A stretch of 63,487 nucleotides of DNA, filler included, from Craspedostauros australis (lineage: Eukaryota): NCBI GenBank assembly GCA_030167865.1. It is 13 parts of 13 records of this genome, joined end to end, with 100 filler letters (N's around TTAATTAATTAA, not from the genome) between each part and the next. Parts side by side here need not be neighbours in the genome. Positions count along the whole stretch, not along the records: positions 1 to 13,203 come from JALAGF010001266.1; 12 more parts are not named here. The stretch is one strand, 5' to 3'. This document shows, one piece after another, positions 1-11,076 of the stretch (its first letter is position 1; every line of letters begins with the position of its first letter). The translations under genes were made by a program, and so were the position numbers. The notes under the pieces are model-generated. The model was not told where the DNA came from and ran no database searches. It saw only the letters and a program-made list of their open reading frames with translations.

Positions 1-313
1 AGTGTGCAGATTTAGTGCCAATTCCCGAATCTGGCCGAATCCGAACGATGGGTGTCGATGGACAGACGATACCGCACAAACCACATGTAGGATCCACGTT
101 GAGCAAATGACCGTTCCGCACAGTCATAATTTTTCAGAACAGACAGGTTTCACCCCCAACACCTCCGGTCACGTGAAAAACCTGCACAGGGATCACTCTC
201 TGGGGAGTGATCTGACAATCGACAATCATGCTACTCTGCTTTGCTTCTTCATGATCGCTTCATCATAGCGCTGTTCCTTCTGGATGAAGCCCCCCTTGAC
301 GATGCTGCCGCAT

Positions 314-3180
314 TTATTCCCTGCAGAGCTCATCACCCAAGGTGCAGCATCCACATCGGTAAGAAGCGGCCGGTAGACGGTCGATAACGATCACGTCCAT
401 GCAAATGGTCGCAAAGTCGCCGGTTGCCGCATCGAACAGGCAGATTGGGGTGTGGACGGATGCGCTGGTGTCAAGTCCATCAGGATCGCCGCCGTTGGTG
501 TCTTTTGGACCACCCCATGCTTGCTTCGTCTTGCGTCCAGCTGGGAAGGACGCAGCGAAGTCAGCATCCTTCTCATTGCGATCCGCTTTGACATTTCTGT
601 GACCACCAGCATCGAGGAAGCGCTGACTCTTGGAGGACTTCTTGTGAACGGCAGCTGCCGACGGCTTTCGGGTCGCTGTCGGGCTGTTGGACGCTTCTGG
701 ATTCTTGATAGTGACCTCGTCGCGCGCGGCGATGATGGTGCTCACCAACGTGATCGGCAGCTGTGATTCCATCAGCGCATCATCCGAGGTTGCGACGGAT
801 ACGCAGGTGGTCACAGATTTCAAGATCTTGAGGTGAGACGTGACCCCGTTCGCTCCGGACGTTGCGGAGCCCGCGATAGCTGTGGCAGAGCATTGGAAAC
901 CCGCACTCACGCGACGTAACGCAGCTCCAGCATCGATCAGGCCATGCCCAGACTGCAAGTCGTATCCGGGACTATTCATGTCGACAGCTGTGTCCTCCAT
1001 GATGCTGTAGATATCCAGTGGGGACAGATTGGGGTTGGCTTGCACAATGATCGCAGCAACCGCCGCTGCGTTGGAAACCGAGGCGGAACTTCCTGTTGCA
1101 TCGGATTCATGTGGGAGGAGCAAGTGGACAAACATACGAATGTCAATGAGAGTACGTAAGCGCGAGAGAACCAGGCAGAGTGAGAGCGAGAGTGAGAGGG
1201 CGCACAGCATGCGACCTTGGCCTGAGAGCAGTTGTGAGCGTCTGCTTCTCCGAATTCTTCTGCAGCGCCTCGCACTCACCGATGAAGAAGTATCCCTTGG
1301 AGGTTGGAGAGTTGGACACGGAAATGCCCGCGTACGCTCCGAAGAAGGAGTTGAGACAGAGATCGGGTGCCGAGAATCGTGGTTGCTGACGAATGATGGG
1401 CACATCGAGGCGGCTTCCGTCCGCAGCAACATAGATGGGTGTCCCACCCACAGAAGAGAACGGATTCGAGATGGGGCGTTGCACCCCGTAGGCTGGAGAA
1501 TTGAAGAAGGTGGTGGCACCCACGCTGGCAGCGAATTCAGCGTTGGCATGTCCAAAGATGGTCGGAGCGAAGGGGATGTCACGTGGGTCCGCGTACTTGC
1601 GCGCATCGATGGCACCTGACAGGAGGGCCCATTTCATGAAGAGCGGGCTGGAGGGTTGCTGGTTGCTGGTATCGCCACACACGCCGGCCGCGAAGTAGTA
1701 CCGGCCAGTGGATGGGATGGTTATGAAGGCGATCGGGTCGGTGCCAATGTTGTTGGTGGGATCCATGGTCACGAGGGTCTTGTTGGCGTCAAAGAGGAAG
1801 ACGTTGATGTCGGTGGTGGCTCCGGGAGGACCGCTGATGGAGAACCAGGGATCGTTCCATTGGAAGACCATGTGGCCGGCTCCATTGGTTTTCACGTTGA
1901 GCTCCTGGTGGATGTTGCCGCCGCCGAAGTCATGAAAGGTGCAACCGAGGAGATCCTCCTGTCCAGATGGCACGTACGCACCCTCCCACGCGTTGCGGCC
2001 CATGTTGCCGACGGCTGCGAAGTACGAAATGTTCTGATTCTGAACAATGTCGTTGATGACCTGCGTAACAGGACCATCCTGGAACATTGGTGTGGCAGGA
2101 AAGCCTGTGGAACGTATGCATCGCAAAGCGCGCAATGTGCAATGTACATGATAGTGTGAGGAGAGATATTGCCAATATTGTGAAGATTGATCGACAAGTA
2201 AGGCGGATGGCATATCACACCGCACCGCACCAATCCATACCGCAGCACTTACCGACGTCATCCACGATCACGTCGCAGCCGGCATCCGCAAGCTTCTGAA
2301 TCCCATTCATGAAATCGAGAATGCCGCCCGTCGCGGTATGGAACAGGATGTCGGCATCCGGCGCAACGTCGTGAATGAGCTGCACCATCGCACGACCTTC
2401 ATCGCTGGCCTTCATTCCGCTCGGTGCGTCCTTCAGGATGGTCACTGTGGGTCCCACAACGCCGGATGCCGTGTTCATGGGCGGCACATCGCCCGCGATG
2501 ATGTCGCGGTTGGCATCCTTGCCACGGTTCGCGTAGCTGTCGGAAAGGACACCAATCTTGACGCCCTTGCCCGACAAGGTGGGATCGCGTCGCTGCACCT
2601 CGTCCACCCGCATGGCCTGGATGGCCTCGTTGATGTGCGGTCCGCTTCCCAACGCGAAGGGGGAGTCGGCCTGCTGCGTCACGACGAAGGCCGGGCGGAT
2701 GCTGGAGACCTGCGCGAGATCCTCCACGTCCTGCAGATGATCCATGTCGAGGTAGGCGGTGCACAGGAAGTTGGAACAGGCCGTGATCTCCACTTTGAGG
2801 GCATCACCATCATCGTTGCATGCCAGCAAGGCATCGCGGAGCTGATCATCGTCGTTGATGCCCAGAATCTCCACCAGCAGATGATGCTCGCTGCTCCAAC
2901 GCAGGTCAGGAACCGTCGCTTGGGAATGAAGCGACGTCCACGCATCCGTGCTTGCGGCATCGTCGAGGAGGGTCTCCTGCAAGCGACGGTCACGACCAGG
3001 AATGCCCGACGCTTCTCGGCCTGCTGCGACGTAGGCCTTGTGGATGCTGCGAATGAGCGAATGGTCGGCGACATCCAGCAACTCGCGACGCACCAGAGTA
3101 GACGTAGCGTCGTCGGCATGCGATGGAGGGAGTGCCATGGCGAGGAGCGCCAGCAGGGTGGATGGTTGATTGAGAATCAT
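314..3180 (-). CDS. Secreted subtilase-fold serine peptidase, S8/S53-like (DEGRAM group); 3 exons 3180-2253, 2104-1280, 1092-314
   Basis: N-terminal signal peptide (MILNQPSTLLALLAMAL). Motifs GKGVKIGVLSDS, DEGRAMVQLIHDVAP, DVIVDDVG|FP..FQDG, YFAAVGN, G|SSASVSNAAAVAA and GYDLQSGHGLIDA. GT-AG introns at 2252-2105 and 1279-1093 join the three ORFs in frame. Confidence 0.85.
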
Positions 3181-3724
3181 GGTCGGCTGAGGATACTTGT
3201 GATGGCGTTTGCGTTTGCGATTGTTGGATTCTGATATTATGAGAATGGGGTCTCGCTTGCATGAGATGGCCTTCGTTTCTTGCTCGATTCATCGCAGTGC
3301 ATTGCAGCATACTCGTCCTTCCGTGCACAGTAACGGTATGTACTTCTATGCATCATCCCTCATCGATCTTGGCCTTAGTTTTTGAGAAGGTATCGCATTC
3401 GTATCTAATGAGGCCCTCATTGGCTCACGCAAGTGTGAATGAAGGTATTTTCGGCTTGAGAAGGTGCAACGGACAACTTCGCAAATACAGTCATCTTCTT
3501 GCTTGCTTTCTTGCTTGCTTTGTTGCCGATAGCTCTCTTGTTCCTTGTCCGCTTCGAGCCAAGCATGGTGGAAGATGGAATGCTACTATGAGTATTCAAG
3601 GTCGCTCACTCCATGAGATGCATGCAGAAGGGAGACCCTGTTGCTATTTTACTCGGCTATCCTCGCTCACAAAACTTGTGCACAAAATGCGTACACACAT
3701 CCATAGAATACTATCGTAGTGTCT

Positions 3725-5629
3725 TTACAAATGGACCCTATCCAGACCACCCGACATGCGCTGATGCTTGTCCAACGGCACAGGCGCACCAACCGGCGAC
3801 AACCGCTGCGCCAACTGCAGATCCCGCAGATCATCCTGCTCTTGCAATGGCCGCGCCCGCGATGGACTGGGCCGCGACACCGGCGTCGTCGCCCGCGTGC
3901 GACTGGGAGATCCAAACGATCGCGAGTTGACGCGCAGCGGTTCATCGTCCTCCGTATCCGTATCCAACGCGAGATGGCCTTCGATGGGCGAGGCGCCCGT
4001 GATCTGCTGAATCAAATCGCGCTCGGCCGCCTCGAGGTAGGCCGCGTTCGAGGCGCTGCGCTTCTGCGGCTGCAGGTTGCTGACCGTGGCCTGTTCCATG
4101 TCGTAGGCCAATCGCGGCGTGTCCGTTTCGGTAATGGCGTCGTCGTCATCGGAATCGTAGGGCAGCGTGGAACGGTGGCGCATGACGGACAGCACGATCA
4201 ACGCCAGGATCGCGAGACCGGCGACGACGAGAGATACAATCAAGGCCGTCGAGGGTCCGTCATCGCCGTTGCTGTTGACGTTGCGGTCCTGTCCTTGCGC
4301 GCCGTCGAAGCTGCCATCGCGATCCGTGCCCGTGGGTGCTGCTGTCGGCGAGGCCGTCGCATCATCCAGCAAACGCATGCTTCTGATTCCGTCGGATGCC
4401 CCATTGTAGTCGCCGCGTTGCATGGTGGTCCTCAAGAAGTCCAGCATGCCGTCGACGAAGGCGGATTGCTGCAATCGCCGCCGCGAGTTGGAAGTCGCGA
4501 TCCAAACCTCCTCCAGCGGCGCCTCGACCGTCACAGTTCGGCAATCCACCAGGTCGCTGGAGGCGCAGCCGTCCGATTGCGCCGTGCGGGCATGCATCTG
4601 CGATTGCATCCACACTGCAAAGGAATCATCGTTGGCGCAGGTCAGATACTCTCGCACCAACGCCGCATGCAATGTCTGCATCAGCGAGTCCATCAGCGCG
4701 GCGGACGGCGGCGCAGTGATCTCGAGCTGATACGTGTAGTTGAAGGACTCCTTGCGCACATCGTACAGCGGCGAATTGGAGATGGCGTCCGGTTTCATGT
4801 CATCGGCAGAGCACTCCGATTGGCGCACGGGCGTTCCGGATGGACTCTGCGTCGTGATGGTCTGCGCTGTGGTCGTCGGTGCCGCAGATGCGGTCGGCAT
4901 GGCCGTGGGAGACGGCGTCGGAGACTGCGTGGGCGACGATGTGGGAGCATCCGTGGGCATGTCGGTCGGCGCTTGCGTTGGAAAATGCGTGGGCGACGAG
5001 GTTGGTGCGCTGGTGGGCCGCGATGTCGGTGCGGAAGTGGGCGAGCTCGTCGGCTGCGAAGTGGGCTGAGCGGTGGGGGCGGAAGTGGGCTGCGCTGTCG
5101 GTGCGAATGTGGGTCTGCTGGTGGGCTGCGAGGTGGGCCTTTCGGTGGGAGACTGAGTCGGCGCCACGGAATCGGTCGGACTCGCCGTGATGGTGGGTGC
5201 GTGCGTGGGGCTGTTCGTGCGCGTGTTGCCGTTGCAGACGCAGTTGTTGTAGGGGAAGGAGTTGGACGTGTCGCAGATGAGCCATTCGTAGATGCGGCAG
5301 CAGCCATCGTCGCAGGCGTTCGTGCGGCATTCCGCAGAGGTCTTGGCATTCTGGACCACGTCGCTGCGGATGTTTTCGAACGGGATGCAGTCGCGGCGTT
5401 CGTCCAGGTCGACCGTGCCCTCCAATCGGCGGTCAGCTTCCGAGTGCGATGCGGAGAATGGCGATTGCCGGTCCGCGCGCATCGATCCATCCATCGGATC
5501 GCCATTGCCCCGTTCTCCGGCAGCACCTCCGCATGCGATCAAAACAATCAGACCCATGGCGCAAAGGACCTTCTGCGTGCATCGTCGCGTGCATCGTCGC
5601 GTGGATCGCGCCATTGTCGCCGTCTTCAT
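3725..5629 (-). CDS. Single-pass membrane protein with Cys-rich N-domain and Pro/Thr/Ser (PTxx) mucin-like stalk
   Basis: 634-aa ORF with hydrophobic N-segment, Cys-rich module (CRTNACDDGCCRIYEWLICD...CVCNGNT), about 20 PTxx repeats, TM helix ALIVSLVVAGLAILALIVLSV and a cytosolic tail. Confidence 0.8.
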   Translation of the reverse strand: MKTATMARSTRRCTRRCTQKVLCAMGLIVLIACGGAAGERGNGDPMDGSMRADRQSPFSASHSEADRRLEGTVDLDERRDCIPFENIRSDVVQNAKTSAECRTNACDDGCCRIYEWLICDTSNSFPYNNCVCNGNTRTNSPTHAPTITASPTDSVAPTQSPTERPTSQPTSRPTFAPTAQPTSAPTAQPTSQPTSSPTSAPTSRPTSAPTSSPTHFPTQAPTDMPTDAPTSSPTQSPTPSPTAMPTASAAPTTTAQTITTQSPSGTPVRQSECSADDMKPDAISNSPLYDVRKESFNYTYQLEITAPPSAALMDSLMQTLHAALVREYLTCANDDSFAVWMQSQMHARTAQSDGCASSDLVDCRTVTVEAPLEEVWIATSNSRRRLQQSAFVDGMLDFLRTTMQRGDYNGASDGIRSMRLLDDATASPTAAPTGTDRDGSFDGAQGQDRNVNSNGDDGPSTALIVSLVVAGLAILALIVLSVMRHRSTLPYDSDDDDAITETDTPRLAYDMEQATVSNLQPQKRSASNAAYLEAAERDLIQQITGASPIEGHLALDTDTEDDEPLRVNSRSFGSPSRTRATTPVSRPSPSRARPLQEQDDLRDLQLAQRLSPVGAPVPLDKHQRMSGGLDRVHL

Positions 5630-6521
5630 TTACAAGCTGTGGTGGACGTCGTACGAGGAGAACACTCGATGCTGTGGATTGATGCAGTATAACGTTGAGA
5701 GGAGTGATGTGGTTTGGCGTGATACCCGAACTGCTTCCGTCTTGTGTGTCTTGAGTAGAGTGTATAATAGTACGGAGTGTGGAGTGTGTGTGTGGAGAGT
5801 GGATGCAACTCTCCGGTACAGCTGAATATTTTCTCGATTGGATTTGTGCGTTCTTCTGGCTCTGGTTTGATTTTTGTTCGTTTTGTGTGTGTTTTGCGAA
5901 AGCCAATGGCGCACCTCCGTGACAACCGTCGTGCGTTGAATATCCCAGGTTTTTCAATCGTGCCCGCTTCTCAATGGGATTGGATGCATGACAACTGATG
6001 TCGCATGCGACATTAGAAACATGACACAACGTCTAAGTACACAATTGGTCGACAATTGTGGCTGTCCTGGTTAACGTCACGCATCCATCTGTTTAGCGAT
6101 CACAAAATGATTCATCATGCGAAAACGGTACCCGTACAACGGAGCAGAGCGCGTAGCGTATCTGCGGAGTGCAGCACCCCGCAGTGCAGACAACATGCGC
6201 ACATCTCACACATGCACTCCAGCCCGTGCCGCATTGGTCGAAGCTGCTTTCATCAACATCCACCGCAGCGGTTGATCTGATTCACCGACCATGGTGAAAC
6301 TCTTCCGTCATTGATCCAACTCGCCGACTCGCCAACTCGCGTCGTGTATTGTGCCGGCTCCATCAAGATGGTAGAGCACGCTTCTTGGGTTTCGATCGTA
6401 CCAATGCATTTGGTGGGGCCGTACAGCGGTTCGATCGTGCCAACCATGAAGTTCAACGCGAACTTCACCAGCCAGTGGAGCACTCTACGTATTATATTAC
6501 GCTATACTTGATCATTGACCA

Positions 6522-8153
6522 CTACACTTCCGTGTAAAGCCGTAGCGTCCTTCCCTCGAACTGACTGCCTTCCATGCGAGCCACCTCTCGACTCCACACC
6601 CTGCGCCATCGCGGTTCACCTTTCACCGGGTGCTCCCAGAATCGTTGCCGCTTCGATATCGTCAGCAGATGGATCGGCGTGGGGGAATGGAATGCCATGG
6701 CGGACACGTCGTGATCCTCGTGGCCCTCCTGGTACGGTTTTGAGAATGGGGCCTCCTCGGCGACGAATTCGGCAAGGTCCCTGCTTAGCAAGTAGCATTG
6801 TCCGGCTCTGTGGTGCGTCCATTGTGCGAGTGAGAGGAATCGGAAGTGAACGTGAACATCAGCGTGTTTGTGATGTCGTAGAGTTTACGGTGTGTGAGAC
6901 ACAAGCACAACAGAGTCCATTGGTTGTGCTCCATGGAGAGCAAAGGTAAGAGTCTGGTGAGGGACGTCCATCACATGGCACACACACCGTGGATCTATTT
7001 GGACCTCATGCCATCCATAATCACATTCGGCAACTCCTTAGTACTCACGTGTACAAGTGAACACCTTCGTAATGATTTCCAAAATACGATTCGAACAGGA
7101 CAGCATCCTCCGGCGTATGCTTTGGCCAGTACGCCTTGTCTCTCAGCGCACCGGCGTAGACGCCCGTATTGTATGGTGCCGGTGGCAAGTGCCGATGGGC
7201 AAAATACAAGTAATCATGCAGATGCAATAGCGAATCCGCGTCCAGTTTCATGGCGTAGTCGATCATGCCATCGTACTGTTGCATGATCGTTGTGGCAAAG
7301 TACAGGAAGGTTGGCGATTTGCCTTCATTCATGTTTTCTCTGCAGGTGGGAGTTTGCGCACAAGCATGATAAAGGTGTGCATGCGTTCGTATGAAAATGA
7401 ATGTATGGCCACGCATTGGGCAAAGCAGTGGAACGTGAGTGCGAGATCAAAACCCAGTTCAACGATCTTTCATATCGACCATACTCGTACGTAGGATATC
7501 CCACACCATACACCGGATGACACACGACATTCGTTGCCAACGTACTTGATATTCAATATGGCGACATCTTCATTGTCGAGATCGTACCCCACCCCATTCG
7601 GTATCGGCTTAGTCGCCAACACCGGAATCCCCGGTTTGACAATCTGCGTCGGTCCATTCGGATTGCCCCCGCCCAACACGAAGGTGTAAATCAGCTCGCA
7701 CGATGCACGTTGCTCCCGATGCCATTCGGGCAGCGTGCACACGCGCGGATCATTCCACAGCTTGAACAATTCGCGATGTCGTTTGCGATACGACAGATCG
7801 TTCCTGTAATCGGCCGATAATATGCCCATGAAAGTGCGTGGCCGACGCAGCGGCAGGTCCTGAGGTGGATGCGCGTCGCGGTACATGGGGAACTTGTAGT
7901 CTCGTTGCGGCGTTTCGTCGGCAGTGGCTTGTTTCAGCAGCTCTTCATCGACGCCGGTGCGGGTTGTGTCGATGTCGCTTGCGGTAAATTCGTCCTTGGT
8001 CGGCAAGAAGGAATCCTGCTGCTGCATCAGGAGCTTCTGTTGCGTGGCGATCTGGCTGTGTTCCACAGCATGATTCCACATGACACCGAACTGGAAACTA
8101 ATCCAGCATAGTAGCAGCACGATTATCGTGTTGAAGATCTTTGATATCGTCAT
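6522..8153 (-). CDS. Type II membrane glycosyltransferase, GT31/galactosyltransferase-like; 3 exons 8153-7546, 7339-7049, 6807-6522
   Basis: N-terminal TM anchor. Motifs LNIK|ENMNEGKS, DYAMKLDAD (DxD), Y|TAGQCYLLSRDL, HEDHD and HPVK. Both GT-AG introns keep the frame. Confidence 0.8.
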
Positions 8154-9112
8154 TGTGCAGTCTGTTGCAGTGCAGTGCAGTGCAGTTCTGCAGTTTTCTA
8201 TTATACCTGACAAGAGGTGTTGCTGAAGAGATGGCGAAGTTGATGCCAGCTGTGATAACGACGATGCTGATCTGAAGGATGCCCTGGCGTGTTCTTCTGA
8301 TGTTGGTCGCAGCCACCCACACCGGAATGCTCGCCGAGCAACGAACCTCCAGAGCCTCTGCCGTACCGACTGCGGACACAACCACCGTCGCGGTTCACTT
8401 CGTCCTCAGCTGTTTGGCGGCAATGGAAGCAGTCGCATTGGTTGCAATTCAACTGGAATGGATCTCTGTCTTGACCTGATCCTTGCAAATGATATCCGAT
8501 GAACCGATGCCACCGGGCTTCCGAGTCTGTCGTTGTTGTTGCAGTTGATCTCCTTTTGGACATCAACAGCATCGTTGCTGTCGTTCATTTCTTCTGTATC
8601 TTGTCGATTCAGACAAAAAAACTCGCCGACGTTGTGATTTGATTTTCGAAATTGGAGTCACGAATACTCAAACAAGATCCATTTAGCGGGATTGGATGTC
8701 ACGCTGAACTTCATCCCACCGATACTCTAATGCGATCTGTGTAGAGAAAGGAATGAGGAGTTGTGTTCCGTGGCATTCTACTCTCCATCCATGCGTGCGT
8801 GCGAGGCACGTGATGAGCACAGTCGCAAACCACTTGTCTGTTCGTTGCACACCGCACGCATCGTGTCAATCATGTAACGATAGTTGTAGCCAAGCCGCAG
8901 TATCTTTTGGAGTTCCCCAATCTCTCACGTCGCATCGCCCTCCATCACGCTGAAATGAACAGAACGGCGCCATGTGCTGTCGCTTTCACAACTATTGAAT
9001 GATCACGCATTGTGTCCAATCGCATATTGTACATGAACATGGTATACGTAAGTCTCTAAATCACATCATTATACGTACTCTTACTCGCATGCATCCTATT
9101 CATTCGCCGTGC

Positions 9113-10283
9113 TCATGGCAAGAGTGACGAAACGATCGCAGCTGATCCTTCTGTCATCAGACTCTCCACCGTCGATGTGACGGCATCACTTGCGGTGGTT
9201 GCAAGGGTCGAAACAACATCGGCAACATCAGTAACGTCGGCACCTTCCATCGTCGATGTGACCAATTCCGGTGTGGCTGCAGATTCCACAGCTGGCGCAA
9301 CCACGTCGCTCGTCACTGGTACCGCCGCTGCCTTGCTGGCGGCCGCTTCGCTGGCTGCCTTCTCCATCCACGGCATGGTGGGCAGCTCGATGCGAATTTC
9401 TTCCCATTCTCCTGATGCGTACTTTGGCTCGACGATGGTGTTGCGAATCCATCCGAACGATGCGCCACCGATCAACCAAGCAGCGTACGTGGCAATTGTT
9501 TTTGGATCCGACAGAGTCGCCTCCGCCTCGGCCTTGTAGTCGGGTGGGTTGAGCACCTTGTCCTGTTCGAATTTGATGTACGCGTTCAGCATTTCGGCGT
9601 CCATGTAGAATTTGAGCACCTCCTCATCGGCACGGCCCTCGTCCATGCCTTTGTTGTCGCGCTGGAATTTCTCGACGAGCGCTTGCTTGCTGCGTAGCAA
9701 CGGGAATCGGGTCATCGAATGAATTGGCGGAATGCAAATCGCGGAGAAGTGTGTGTTGGTGTGTGAGAAGTGATGGTATGGTGTACATGGCGTTGAAAGA
9801 TACAGTGATGCCAAACAATTTTCAACATCGGCTTGTTTCATGAGATCGCTTGCCACAATCCATTCCACAACTTCGAAGTAAGCCAAGCCTCAGCCTCATC
9901 TCATTCCTGGGATCTTCCTTCCAAAGTAACTGCCTTCCACCTCACTTGGCTTGGCTGATGGATCTGTTTTTGGTCCAAGAAAGGTATGATGTATCATGCG
10001 ACGCTCAGCATCAATGGTAGAACCGCTGTACTCACGTTCCGATCCACTTCAAGACCTCGCCAGCATCCACACCGATTGCCAGTTCCTCCTTCTCAATTCC
10101 AATGGCCGCGTACGGGTCGGAAACTGGAGCGTCCTCGCCACCAGCTTCCTCCAATGGTTTGGCCTCATCGGCCTCCGCCATGAATCGTTGCGTGGATCGC
10201 ACACCCAGGGATCTGTACGATGGCGCGAAGGCGCTGCAGGATGTGGCGGCCGCGAGGATCGCGAGGGTTGGAGAGATCTTCAT
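9113..10283 (-). CDS. Nucleus-encoded plastid-targeted protein of unknown function; 2 exons 10283-10036, 9689-9113
   Basis: MKISPTLAILAAATSCSAF-APS is a signal peptide plus an ASAFAP-type transit motif. The GTGAGT...GCAG intron gives in-frame WIGT|KQALVEKF. One TM-like segment (IATYAAWLIGGASFGWI). Confidence 0.8.
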
Positions 10284-10380
10284 GTTGGTGTTGTCGGCAG
10301 TGGCGTAAAATAGAGAGTGGAGTAGCGAAGTGAGTGCCTCGTCTTTTTCTTTGTGAATGGTGTTGCCAGCAATCTGTTTG

Positions 10381-10426
10381 TGGATGGATGGATGGATGGA
10401 TGGATCGGTGGATCGGTGGATCGGTG
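10381..10426. repeat. TGGA / TGGATCGG microsatellite
   Basis: Directly visible tandem TGGA units followed by TGGATCGG units, upstream of the plastid-protein gene. Confidence 0.8.
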
Positions 10427-11076
10427 GGCGGTTTGGGTTTCGGTTGTTGGATCTGTGCAGAGCCCTATTGGTGTGTCGTTGGGTGTGGTGGTGTGTGAGG
10501 TTGTGGCGCTTTGCCTTCTTTTGCGTTTGTGTGGTGTGTTGATTGATGGATTCCGAATCAAACTTCAACTTTCGCGTGAGCTCTTGTGTTCGTGTGAGTC
10601 GAAAATTGCTTTTCATTCCATGGAGTCAATCTGAAGACATTCTGATTTCTTGCCGACGTCATCATGTGACGTCAAAGGGTTCGATAATCCTCTCTGATGA
10701 CATCACGCTGACGACTGTGCAGAGGCACGCCACAATTTGAGCATTCCGGCACCAGCCCAAAACGAACAGAGAGACGTGATCGAAAGCAGTGAAGACAGGG
10801 GAGCAGTCCCTCTTCGGATCGATCGATTGATCGAGAGAGTGTGCAGAGAGTGTTCATGGAATGCAGCTAAGCTGGTTGCGTGACACGACAAAGAAGAATA
10901 GAGTAGAGCAGACGAACCAACGTGTCCAACCGCGCGCTCTGGAATAGGCCCAACACTTACGAGGAGACTCTCTCTCTCTCTCTCTCTCTTAGTGTCTCTG
11001 CTCGTACCCGTCTCGAGAAGAAGACAAGAATTTGCGGATCGAGCTATCACACATTCAGGAGGGTTCTGCCGTAACA

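Noticed and set aside
3719..5692. 657-aa Arg/Gly-rich plus-strand ORF (and similar long antisense ORFs at 2338-3234, 29782-30987, 33226-33954)
   Set aside because: Antisense shadows of GC-rich real genes on the other strand, with no domain features.
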